DNA from: a virus
Lineage: Duplodnaviria; Caudoviricetes
Direction: 5' to 3' (one strand)
Virus record (IMG/VR): IMGVR_UViG_3300017971_000708
Span: 1 to 25,870 of that record
DNA: 25,870 nt
A program made the translations under genes and the position numbers. The notes beneath the pieces were generated by a model. It ran no database searches. It saw only the letters and a program-made list of their open reading frames with translations, and had not been told where the DNA came from. Shown in pieces: positions 9,150-17,383 of this stretch (the stretch's first letter is position 1; the number at the start of each line of letters is the position of its first letter).

Positions 9150-9781
9150 CAGCTTGCCCTCCTTGATAAAAGCCAGGCAACCTTGCTGTCGATATTTTTT
9201 TCAAGTATTTCCCCTGTTTCGGCCATTGTTTTATTTCTAATTTGTCCAATATTTTCAAAAGACCATGCCAGCGAAACACCATACAACTCTTTTATAGGCA
9301 AACGGCCCTTTCGAACCCTTCCCTTTGTGTCGCGACCCGTACTAAAAAGATCATCTGGGTCGCGTTCAAATACCCCCTTGTGACCCTTTTTTTGTTTTGC
9401 CCCGGTTATCGGCATCGTCTGTATAAATGCGCCTTCCATAAGAACTCTTTGTTCTTCTACATCCTTATAAGTGACGCCTTTTTTTGTTTGCCGTGCACCG
9501 TAAAGTATCAAAGGTATCCCTTTTCTGCTTGGTCGAAGTCTGGCCCTCCAGTTTTTTTTATTCGCCCTATGCAATATAATACGTTTTTTGATAGCGGATA
9601 TTTTAAGGTTCACGTCTTCCTTAAGGTCTCGGGCCAGGCAGGCGCGGGCGGTTGTGGCGGTAAGGTTGATTGCCGGCGGGATTACGAGGTTCATCCCGTT
9701 CGGTATGCCGCGAAGCAGGCGGGCGACTGCCTTTAACTTTTGCTCTTCAAACTTTACCTCAACCACGGGATCGGTTGCCAT
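9149..9781 (-). CDS. Minor tail/tail completion protein Z (lambda gpZ-like)
   Basis: 210 aa, basic. Motifs AIN-TA, IPLILYGARQTKKGV, GAFI, GHKGVFER, RLPIKELYG. Confidence 0.85.
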   Translation of the reverse strand: MATDPVVEVKFEEQKLKAVARLLRGIPNGMNLVIPPAINLTATTARACLARDLKEDVNLKISAIKKRIILHRANKKNWRARLRPSRKGIPLILYGARQTKKGVTYKDVEEQRVLMEGAFIQTMPITGAKQKKGHKGVFERDPDDLFSTGRDTKGRVRKGRLPIKELYGVSLAWSFENIGQIRNKTMAETGEILEKNIDSKVAWLLSRRAS

Positions 9782-10233
9782 TACCTCACCTCTAATTTAC
9801 ACCACGCGTAATCGTGACTTAACAATCTCAATATCCTGCGGCGCTGGGCCGTCTGGCCCAGACGGACGGGCAGTTCAATTTCATCTCTGCCATCGTTAAG
9901 TTCGTAACTTGCATATCCGGTAGTCGCATCGTTTGGCACCTCTACAATAATCAAAGGGGCCGAGGCGCCAGGCACGCCGGCAAGTTTCTGAGGCAACAGG
10001 CGGTTGTGTACGATCGCCCTTGTAATTTCGCGGCTGCCGCCGGAGGCGGGGTAAATCGTAACCGTCTCGAAGAACGGCTCGAAGTCGTCAATCGAGGCGA
10101 CACACAATTGGTCGAACTCACTTTCTGCCTCGATAGTCGGCGTAACAGCGGCGGGCGATTCGCCGCCGTCCAGATCGAACGGTGGTGCTATTTCGTCAAT
10201 ATCGGCAATGTCAATCCTGTCGGTTCCTGCCAT
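9781..10233 (-). CDS. Head-tail joining/closure protein (gpFII-like)
   Basis: 150 aa immediately before gpZ, coupled by TAATG overlaps. ETVTIYP..G..REI.AIV pattern. Confidence 0.65.
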   Translation of the reverse strand: MAGTDRIDIADIDEIAPPFDLDGGESPAAVTPTIEAESEFDQLCVASIDDFEPFFETVTIYPASGGSREITRAIVHNRLLPQKLAGVPGASAPLIIVEVPNDATTGYASYELNDGRDEIELPVRLGQTAQRRRILRLLSHDYAWCKLEVR

Positions 10234-12974
10234 TATTGAGCCGCTCCTACAATCGTTGTCGTCCCATCGTCCGAAACCGTCTGTGTCGTCCTCACGTTTG
10301 AGCCGGAGTCGTCGTAGGTGCGGATTTGTGTCGTGGTGCGATCAATTTTTTTGAAGAACCTTCTCCAAAGTTGCACAGACATTTCCGGCCAGGTATCGGC
10401 GATGCCCGCCGGGTCGGTTATCGGGATATTATTCAGGCCGGTCGAACTTAACGCGGTTGTTTCCCCGTCCAGGGTGGCCTTGACATCGTTGCCGGTAAAG
10501 CTGAACAGGTCCGTCACCGCCTTGATCGCAGCGATTTCGGTATCAATAAAACCGTGAAGCGTGGTACCCGTGTCGACCAGTACCGCGTCGATGTTCGTAT
10601 CCATTGACGAAAGTGTCGCCGGCAAAGTGGTGCTCGTGTCCGTTTCAATGTCATCGACATTCGTGCCGATTACTGCAAGCAAAGCGGGCAGTGAAGTTCC
10701 TGTATCAACAAGTATATCACCGGTGTCGCTGTCGATGGCTGCAAGTGAAGCCGGCAGGGTGGTTGCGGTATCAGTCAGTATTGCATCAATGTCGGTCCAT
10801 ATCTGGGCTCCGGCCTTGCCCGCATCGGTGTGCCCGGTTGCGGTCTCGTCAAACACCGCATCGGCAATCGGAGCGGCAATGTTATCGGCGCCGGTGAGCA
10901 CCCTTGTCCCGTACGCCCACACCGCCGCCGGTGTAGTACCCGAGCCGCTCATCGCCATGCCGTAAATAATCCTGACGGTGTCGGACTCTGCGGGTGGGAA
11001 ACTGAATGCCGTATCAACGGTGATAACTTTGCCGGAAGTATAATCGCTTATCCTGCGAGCCTCCCAATGGCTGTCACCGGCATCCTGAACGGCGATGATA
11101 CCGTTGTTGTAGGCATCGTCGGCGGCCACGCCGTCAGTCATTGTAAATGATGTTGTCGTATCGCCGGTCGCAACGTCTGTGCTTAACAGGTAAGTCCCAG
11201 CTCCAGCTCCCCAGTTGACATCGCCCCAGGCCCGAAGGCCCTTAAGCGAATCGTTTGTCGCATCAAAATCGGCGCCACCGTTGTCGTCGGCAATTTTTGT
11301 AAGCATACCGGCCAGTGTTGCCGCACCGGAGTCGAGGGCAACCGGCGATCCTACCGCCGATTCAATATCATCAACATTTCCATCGACAGTCGCAAGGTTG
11401 GCCGCCGTTGCAAGGGCCGCATCGCTGATCGCCGTATCGGCCTCGGTGTTTACCTGCCCCTTCATCGTTGTGCTCATGCCGCCCAGGTCGGTAAGACCGG
11501 CGCCGGCAGCGCCTATCTCGGCGGTGTCAACCAGCACGGCATCGATATTTGTGCTGGCCGTTGCAAGGTTGGCTGCCGTGGCAAGGGCTGCATCGCTGAT
11601 CGCCGTATCGGCCTCAGCGTTGACCTGCCCTTTCATCGTTGTGCTCATGCCGCCAAGGTCGGTAAGACCGGCGCCGGCAGCGCCTATCTCGGCGGTGTCG
11701 GTGAGAATTGAATCGACCACACCGTCAACCGTATCAACCTTTCCCTCAACTCCGGAAATTGCCGCCGGTAAAGTGGTGCCCGTGTCGACCAGAACATCAT
11801 CAACGTTATCGTCAATTGTTGCCAGTGTCGCCGGTAAAGTAGTGCCCGTGTCGGTCTCGATGTCATCGATGTTTGTGCTCATTGTGGAAAGTGTCGCCGG
11901 TAAAGTAGTGCCCGTGTCGGTCTCGATGTCATCGACATTCGTGTCGATTACGTCTATCTTGTCATTCAAAGTAGTGCCTGTATCGTAAAGCACAGCATCG
12001 ACGTTTGTATCGATTGTGGCAATGGCCGCCGCCGTTGCAAGGGCCGCATCGCTGATTGCAGTGTCGGCCTCGGCGTTTACCTGCCCTTTCATCGTTGTGC
12101 TCATGCCGCCAAGGTCGGTAAGCCCGGCACCTGCGGCGCCTATCTCGGCGGTATCGTTAAATATGTCCGTCAACCGCTTGCCCATACTTCCTGATTGCAG
12201 ACATTGACTGGTTTCAGCGTCCCAAATCGCGCCCTTACACATGTCAGAATAATCCTGGTCCCAACCGCCGTCGGCGTCCGCCGAACCAGCCAGAAAGGAT
12301 TTACCCGGCAGTTTATCATCAATTGATTTTATGCGTTCATTAATAGAATTGTTGGTGGGCGAACCAAGCACTGCTGTATTAAGTGCATTGTCAACTTCGG
12401 CGTTGACCTCGGCGGTTGTAACCGTGCTGACCGCCGTGTCGCCGCCGGTCAAAAAGGTACGCATCTCGGCTGTGGTATCGACCGCTGCGGTATCGGCCAG
12501 GATTGCGTTAATATCCGCGCCGTTGTCGCTGGCCGTCTGTGCGGTTCCGCCCACTGCGCCGACATCGACCCGTCCGCTCGAATCAATTACATATTCCTCG
12601 GCAGAGCCGTTCCATACGATTTCACGCAGCCCGACAAGGTCATCATCGACCTCATTCGGGTCGGTGCTGTCTTGTAACCATATCTGGATATAGTATCTAC
12701 CCGCCGATATGTTGGAATCGAAGTCGCCGACGTACATATCGGCGGATTTATCTGTCATAGAAATATCGTATTGTTTTGCGCTGTCGCCATCGTCGGTACG
12801 GTCCGGCCAGTTTTCAAAGGCCTGATCCGAAGGGTCCCACGCCTGGCCGGCTGCGTTGCGGATTATGGCGTAGAGCGTTTCGCCAGATGGGAAGTTTGGC
12901 ATCCGGATTTCATTTGACGCTAATACCTGAGCCGCCAGTAAACAACAAACTATAGTTATAATTAGCTTTTTCAT
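10233..12974 (-). CDS. Large acidic repeat protein with signal peptide (fibre/stalk-like)
   Basis: 913 aa, Asp/Thr/Ala-rich. N-terminus MKKLIITIVCCLLAAQVLA, with internal ~43-aa and 22-aa repeats. Confidence 0.8.
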   Translation of the reverse strand: MKKLIITIVCCLLAAQVLASNEIRMPNFPSGETLYAIIRNAAGQAWDPSDQAFENWPDRTDDGDSAKQYDISMTDKSADMYVGDFDSNISAGRYYIQIWLQDSTDPNEVDDDLVGLREIVWNGSAEEYVIDSSGRVDVGAVGGTAQTASDNGADINAILADTAAVDTTAEMRTFLTGGDTAVSTVTTAEVNAEVDNALNTAVLGSPTNNSINERIKSIDDKLPGKSFLAGSADADGGWDQDYSDMCKGAIWDAETSQCLQSGSMGKRLTDIFNDTAEIGAAGAGLTDLGGMSTTMKGQVNAEADTAISDAALATAAAIATIDTNVDAVLYDTGTTLNDKIDVIDTNVDDIETDTGTTLPATLSTMSTNIDDIETDTGTTLPATLATIDDNVDDVLVDTGTTLPAAISGVEGKVDTVDGVVDSILTDTAEIGAAGAGLTDLGGMSTTMKGQVNAEADTAISDAALATAANLATASTNIDAVLVDTAEIGAAGAGLTDLGGMSTTMKGQVNTEADTAISDAALATAANLATVDGNVDDIESAVGSPVALDSGAATLAGMLTKIADDNGGADFDATNDSLKGLRAWGDVNWGAGAGTYLLSTDVATGDTTTSFTMTDGVAADDAYNNGIIAVQDAGDSHWEARRISDYTSGKVITVDTAFSFPPAESDTVRIIYGMAMSGSGTTPAAVWAYGTRVLTGADNIAAPIADAVFDETATGHTDAGKAGAQIWTDIDAILTDTATTLPASLAAIDSDTGDILVDTGTSLPALLAVIGTNVDDIETDTSTTLPATLSSMDTNIDAVLVDTGTTLHGFIDTEIAAIKAVTDLFSFTGNDVKATLDGETTALSSTGLNNIPITDPAGIADTWPEMSVQLWRRFFKKIDRTTTQIRTYDDSGSNVRTTQTVSDDGTTTIVGAAQ
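11401..12155 (-). repeat. Intragenic repeats: three ~128-bp copies (about 11401-11528, 11572-11699, 12028-12155) with a 66-bp tandem array (about 11760-12010) between the second and third copies
   Basis: ATCGTTGTGCTCATGCC at 11464, 11635 and 12091. AGTGTCGCCGGTAAAGTAGTGCCCGTGTCGGTCTCGATGTCATCGA at 11824 and 11890. Confidence 0.9.
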
Positions 12975-12986
12975 TTTCGACCCCTA

Positions 12987-13742
12987 TCATCTTGGGATTT
13001 TTTTTGCGATTTTTCGAGCAAATTCGTCTGACTGCAAATAGTTTATAATGCCTTCGAGCGAGTGTAGGCTGTTTGTAAAATCGCTAATGTCCCCACCAAC
13101 AGCGAGTATTTTAGCTATAACAGAATTATCAACCACATTAGTTGTTATGTCGTCAGAAACACATGCGGCACTCATCAAATGGTCAAGCTCTAATGCTTTT
13201 ATAGCCAAATCACAGGCGGCTTGAAAGTCGCTATCCCCAGATGGCGTGTCGTCAAGTACGGTCTTGGTGTCAACTCTCGGTAGCCCGCCAGTTGATGAGT
13301 ACTCAGTGGCACAGGTGCGGTCGTATATTTTCAAGTTGCCAATCTGTACATCATCATCATTTACATTGTCGCTTTCGACCGTGATAAACATGTATTTGGA
13401 GGTTCCGAATACAAAATCGCCAAATTGCAGCATAATCAATGGGCTGAAGTCGGCACCGACAGTATATTCTATATATTCAGCGATTGTGTTTCCTTGATTA
13501 AAGACTACCTTATTGCCGTTGGATTTTAAGCCGTCATCGCTGATATACAGTCTGAACTTAACGACTGCACCGCTTGTAAATCGATAGTCCGTCTTTACAG
13601 CTGTAACTTCCAGTTCTATCACCGGCTGGATAGCCCTGCCGGTCGTGTTTTGGAAGTTAGTGGTTGTATCATCAACCCTTAATTCAACTTCTGACGTACA
13701 GTCATAATCCTTTGCTGACGATGCTGTATTAAGTTGTATCAT
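12987..13742 (-). CDS. Hypothetical acidic protein
   Basis: 251-aa ORF with an AGGAG SD upstream. Confidence 0.75.
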   Translation of the reverse strand: MIQLNTASSAKDYDCTSEVELRVDDTTTNFQNTTGRAIQPVIELEVTAVKTDYRFTSGAVVKFRLYISDDGLKSNGNKVVFNQGNTIAEYIEYTVGADFSPLIMLQFGDFVFGTSKYMFITVESDNVNDDDVQIGNLKIYDRTCATEYSSTGGLPRVDTKTVLDDTPSGDSDFQAACDLAIKALELDHLMSAACVSDDITTNVVDNSVIAKILAVGGDISDFTNSLHSLEGIINYLQSDEFARKIAKKIPR

Positions 13743-13971
13743 TTAATAATCTCCTGAACGAATATGAACACATTGCGTGCAAGCATACATAGGGGCGGTC
13801 TTTTCTTTCTAATTTGCAACCATTCGGCCCAAGATGTTTGCAATTTTTAGGGCAGCATGGGCCGGTCGGCGGACAGTCCATGCGGCAAATACAGTTATCT
13901 ATCAAAAACTCATGTAGCTCCTTTGAATATTTTGAATGGCTTATATCTCGCCGCCATCCAAGGTTAATCAA
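13729..13971 (-). CDS. Small cysteine-cluster protein (YkgJ/CxxCxxCC-like)
   Basis: CICRMDCPPTGPCCPKNCKHLGPNGCKLERKDRPYVCLHAMC matches the CC...C-x-x-L...GC...RP-x-x-C...C pattern. TTG start chosen just after the upstream stop; start uncertain. Confidence 0.55.
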   Translation of the reverse strand: MINLGWRRDISHSKYSKELHEFLIDNCICRMDCPPTGPCCPKNCKHLGPNGCKLERKDRPYVCLHAMCSYSFRRLLNDTT

Positions 13972-13972
13972 A

Positions 13973-14920
13973 TTAGCATACAATGAACTTGTCGTATTCT
14001 GGTTTATTGACCCTGCACAACCCATAAGGTACAACCCTAACCTGAGCTTTCATTCCGTTTGGAGTCCAAATTTGTTGAGGATTTATGGTTACTACCATAT
14101 ACGCGTTGGCTGTATCTGTCTGGTTCGGTGGCATCGAAACCGAACCCTCAACATCGATAAACCACACCCCTTTCCTTTTCATCCAAGCTCCCCCCGCATG
14201 CTGGTGCCCGCCAAATACACACTGCAACGTATCTGCATCGTCAAATATGGTTTGTAAGGACGACCACGCCGTGTCGCTAATCCGCAGAGTGTTCGGATTC
14301 GAGTTGTTCGAGTTCTGCCAAAGATGAACATGAGTCACTACGCAACAGGGTGTTCCGGCAGAAGCCGCTGCCTGCAATCTTGTGTCAAGCCAATCGAGAT
14401 AATCATACGGGTCATCCTGCTCAAAAAATGTATGCACGGGGCATAACACCACTACCCATAACATACCGTTGATGTCCGTGTAAGAAAAAGAGTAAGCCTC
14501 GGAATCCGGCCCGTAATAGTTTGCCTTTGCCCCCTCGCTCGTTGAAGCGTCAAGGGCGTCAAAATAATCCGACATGGAAGGAGCGTCTCCTTCACCATCC
14601 CACGGCGGAGATGTGGGTGTCCAAATATGATTTCCGATGGTGGTTATAAAATCACAATTCAAATTTGCATCCAAGTAATTAATCATACTTGTAAAATTCG
14701 ACAACTTGCTGCCGTCCGCACAATCACTATCCACGTTATCGCCGGCAAGAACCAATAAATCCGAACTGCTGCTATTTGCGACTGATACGATTTCGCCGAG
14801 CCTGCGGTCTCTTGACCCATAGTGCCGAATAAATCCTGACCTATCGCCCGGACCTGACCCGGATGATTCCGTGCTCCCATGTAAATCTGAAGCAATTGTC
14901 GCTATTGTTGGAAAAGCCAT
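13973..14920 (-). CDS. Calcineurin-like metallophosphoesterase
   Basis: All five motifs in order: SDLH, GDNVD, GNH, THVH, GGHQH. Confidence 0.9.
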   Translation of the reverse strand: MAFPTIATIASDLHGSTESSGSGPGDRSGFIRHYGSRDRRLGEIVSVANSSSSDLLVLAGDNVDSDCADGSKLSNFTSMINYLDANLNCDFITTIGNHIWTPTSPPWDGEGDAPSMSDYFDALDASTSEGAKANYYGPDSEAYSFSYTDINGMLWVVVLCPVHTFFEQDDPYDYLDWLDTRLQAAASAGTPCCVVTHVHLWQNSNNSNPNTLRISDTAWSSLQTIFDDADTLQCVFGGHQHAGGAWMKRKGVWFIDVEGSVSMPPNQTDTANAYMVVTINPQQIWTPNGMKAQVRVVPYGLCRVNKPEYDKFIVC

Positions 14921-14934
14921 CGCACAAATTTCCC

Positions 14935-15099
14935 TTAACTATTCAATATTTCAAAAAACTCTTTTATTTTTTCCGCCGCCGCCGCAACAGCTTCGTTTGC
15001 CTTTTGGCAGGCGGATGTTTGCTCTTCGGTTTTGCACTCGCCGGACGCCAGGAACAGAACGCGATTAATTTCGTAAAATTCTTTTGCCGGAAACTCCAT
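14935..15099 (-). CDS. Small hypothetical protein (54 aa, MEFPAKEFYEIN...)
   Basis: ATG at 15099 preceded by AAAGGA. Fills the gap between neighbours. Confidence 0.55.
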   Translation of the reverse strand: MEFPAKEFYEINRVLFLASGECKTEEQTSACQKANEAVAAAAEKIKEFFEILNS

Positions 15100-15127
15100 C
15101 GCGCAGGTTTCCTTTAACCTTTCAAGA

Positions 15128-15349
15128 TCACATTGTCGCAAACAGTTTTGCCAGGGCGTATCCGGCGCCGCCGCCGACCAGCATCGGGCCGATCGAAACA
15201 CCGATAATCAGCCACTTGGCCTTCATGATCGCCAGTCCGTGCGGGCAGCTTTGAATATGTACGCTGAGCGTCTCTTTTATCGCCTGAAACGCCAACTCTC
15301 GCGCGGTCAACCGAATCCATTCCTTGTCCTGCTCGCTCAGAGAGTCCAT
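15128..15349 (-). CDS. Small single-TM membrane protein
   Basis: 73 aa with an AAAGGA SD. C-terminal hydrophobic WLIIGVSIGPMLVGGGAGYALA. Confidence 0.6.
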   Translation of the reverse strand: MDSLSEQDKEWIRLTARELAFQAIKETLSVHIQSCPHGLAIMKAKWLIIGVSIGPMLVGGGAGYALAKLFATM

Positions 15350-15372
15350 TGCAAGTCCTTTCCGTTGATTCC

Positions 15373-15403
15373 GGCGGCGCCGGGCCGGTTGCCCGGCCCC
15401 GCC
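15373..15403 (-). other. GC-rich hairpin with GCAA (GNRA) tetraloop downstream of the capsid gene
   Basis: GGGCCGG-GCAA-CCGGCCC, extended by GGCGG/CCGCC. No U-tract. Confidence 0.6.
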
Positions 15404-15483
15404 ACCTATATCATCAAACCTGCCAAACCAAAGGTTATGATTTGCAATCAGGTGTTGGTTAACTGGTACGCCCTGATATGCGA

Positions 15484-16431
15484 TTAAGCATCAATTTTCA
15501 GAAGATGTCCGAAATACGGGTCGAATATTTTTTCGTCAAGGTAATGACGAACGCGATAAATGTCGCTTTCGGTTTGTTCCTCGCGGTATGAAGCAACCGT
15601 GATGTTGTTCGGACTCATGCGACCCCAGAGGATCGTTCGCCCCAGACCGCCACTCGATACCGGGCCTTCCTGCCTCTTGAATATCAGGGCATAGTCATCG
15701 GACCAAATATCCGCCCCGCTGAACGATTGGCCTTCAATCGCTGAGTCGTAGATTTCGTTGCCGACAAAAAGGTTCTGTATGCCGAGAATACCAGCCAGAT
15801 TTGCCCTGAGCATCGCCTCTGTGATGATGGTTGCGCCGGGAAACTTGCCCAATATTGCTGTGTTTTTGAGCAAATTGTTCAGGGTAACCGGACCGATTAC
15901 CATCGAGTCGGCTGCGTATCCAGTGTTTTTCCTAACCTTTTCCCGCGCATCCGCGACATGGCCGATTGCCCCACTTCCCGCGGCGTCCCAGGGGGCGCTG
16001 CTGACGTCGGTATAGAGGGCGGCACCGGTAAAGGTTGTAGTGTTGAAAACTTTGGCTGCGACTCGAATCTCTTGTTCAATCAGCAGACTCCTTTCGACGT
16101 GCATCGTCGTTTCGAGTTCCGCATCAAAGTCATTGTCGAAGTTTTCCCTGTCATCATCGGTGAGCGGGCCTTCGAGTCCGTAATCCTTGCAAGCGTAAGC
16201 CAGGTCCTCGGTTGTCATGGTAATCCGATGAAAGGCCGAACCGTTGGCGTGAATTGCATCGGCCCGCTTGAGATTTTCACGAATTACGACGCTTACCGTC
16301 GCCGCCTTTTTCTTCACCACTCGGACCGGCAGTATCTCTTGTGCGATAAAACCGTCCGATGCCGGGTTGTACTCGTGCAGGGCCTCGCCTAAATCCTCTC
16401 TCGGCACTGCGTAAGTCGTTTGCTGAATCAT
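15484..16431 (-). CDS. Major capsid protein (HK97 fold, lambda gpE-like), 315 aa
   Basis: Start reassigned to ATG 16431 (GAAGGAG SD, MIQQTTYAVPRE). FIAQEILPV, EQEIRVA, ADIWSDDYA, YREE..SDIYRVR. Confidence 0.9.
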   Translation of the reverse strand: MIQQTTYAVPREDLGEALHEYNPASDGFIAQEILPVRVVKKKAATVSVVIRENLKRADAIHANGSAFHRITMTTEDLAYACKDYGLEGPLTDDDRENFDNDFDAELETTMHVERSLLIEQEIRVAAKVFNTTTFTGAALYTDVSSAPWDAAGSGAIGHVADAREKVRKNTGYAADSMVIGPVTLNNLLKNTAILGKFPGATIITEAMLRANLAGILGIQNLFVGNEIYDSAIEGQSFSGADIWSDDYALIFKRQEGPVSSGGLGRTILWGRMSPNNITVASYREEQTESDIYRVRHYLDEKIFDPYFGHLLKIDA

Positions 16432-16469
16432 AATTTTACTCCTTCTTAAAAAAGTTTTGCGTGGGCAAC

Positions 16470-16510
16470 AAAAAAGCGACAACCGGGTGACTGGGCACCC
16501 AATTGCCGCT
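16470..16510 (-). terminator. Intrinsic terminator-like hairpin in the capsid gene leader
   Basis: AGCGGCAATTGGGTG-CCCAGT-CACCCGGTTGTCGCT (15 bp including G-U pairs) followed by TTTTTGTT. Confidence 0.7.
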
Positions 16511-16594
16511 TGATTTGTTCTTTCGTCGGTTTTACCGCTGGCCTGCGATAAAATCAAACCCACTATTCACTTTTGCAAATAGCCTTTACTTTTT

Positions 16595-17308
16595 TTAACC
16601 TTCGGTGGCCCACGTTCCGCGGGTTTCTTCGACCCACCATCCCTCGGCGCCATCGGCGCGAATTTTGACGAAATCGTGCAGAACGGCTGTTGCCTTCGTG
16701 TTGATATGGTCCTTGTTGTCGGTGCCGTCGAAGTCCGGGCCTTTAATGAGGTCGTTTGCGTTCGGGCTGATATTCACGGCGGCTCCGCCGTCGGCCACAC
16801 CGTTGATGATAATGATGGGGCCGAGATTGACGTCCGTCGCCGGCAGCGTGATGGTCTTTGCGTCGGCCGTAACATAAAAGGCCTTACCGGCATCCTGGGC
16901 GTCCAGGGTCTTGTCGTCGTCGATTTCCTCAAATGTCAGACCCTGCCAATCCAGGTGTTCCTGTACCGGCATCATTTCGATAATGTCACCGTCCGCCGTT
17001 GACGCCTCCATTGCAATACCAACGCTTGCCCCGGAGGGTACGGCCGAAACCTTGCCGTCCGCCGCCGGGAAACACCTCGCACCGGCCGCGATTGCACCCG
17101 CCGCCGTTACCTTCATCGTGCCGCCGGCGTTATCCAGTTGGATGGCTGCATGTGCTGCGTTTGCCACGTCCTGGAGTGTTGCCCCGATTCCTATCTCTCC
17201 GGCATCGGCATAAACGACCGCTGATGACGAATTAAACTTCACCCGCCGAAAATCCGCCAAGGCTTCGCCGGCAGTAAAAGATTTTGGAGAATCACATGCT
17301 TGGCTCAT
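16595..17308 (-). CDS. Capsid decoration/cement protein (DUF2190-like N-domain plus extra C-terminal domain)
   Basis: SFTAGEAL...RVK...A.AG..IG...A.GAIAAGA...AADGK...VGIAMEAS.ADGDIIE in the first ~115 aa. GAAGGAG SD. Confidence 0.8.
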   Translation of the reverse strand: MSQACDSPKSFTAGEALADFRRVKFNSSSAVVYADAGEIGIGATLQDVANAAHAAIQLDNAGGTMKVTAAGAIAAGARCFPAADGKVSAVPSGASVGIAMEASTADGDIIEMMPVQEHLDWQGLTFEEIDDDKTLDAQDAGKAFYVTADAKTITLPATDVNLGPIIIINGVADGGAAVNISPNANDLIKGPDFDGTDNKDHINTKATAVLHDFVKIRADGAEGWWVEETRGTWATEG

Positions 17309-17383
17309 AATTTTGCTCCTTCTGTTTTTTTAACTTTTCTTTTGGTTTCTGTTTACAGGTATAACCTAACTTTTTCGGTGCTT

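Noticed and set aside
11401-12155. Repeats as a CRISPR array or as DGR template/variable repeats
   Set aside because: They are in-frame coding repeats with mainly synonymous differences. There are no unique spacers, no adenine-specific mismatch pattern, and no cas or reverse transcriptase gene in the window.
16510-16560. Hammerhead ribozyme or c-di-GMP riboswitch in the capsid leader (contains CGAAAG)
   Set aside because: No CUGANGA core and no GEMM consensus could be matched by eye.
16432-16563. 44-aa N-terminal extension of the capsid ORF in the track
   Set aside because: It runs through the structured leader and terminator. The strong SD supports ATG 16431.
17351-17361. GTTTACAGGTA also present in opposite orientation near 20526-20536
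   Set aside because: An 11-bp match in AT-rich spacers, with no dyad partner or promoter, may be chance.
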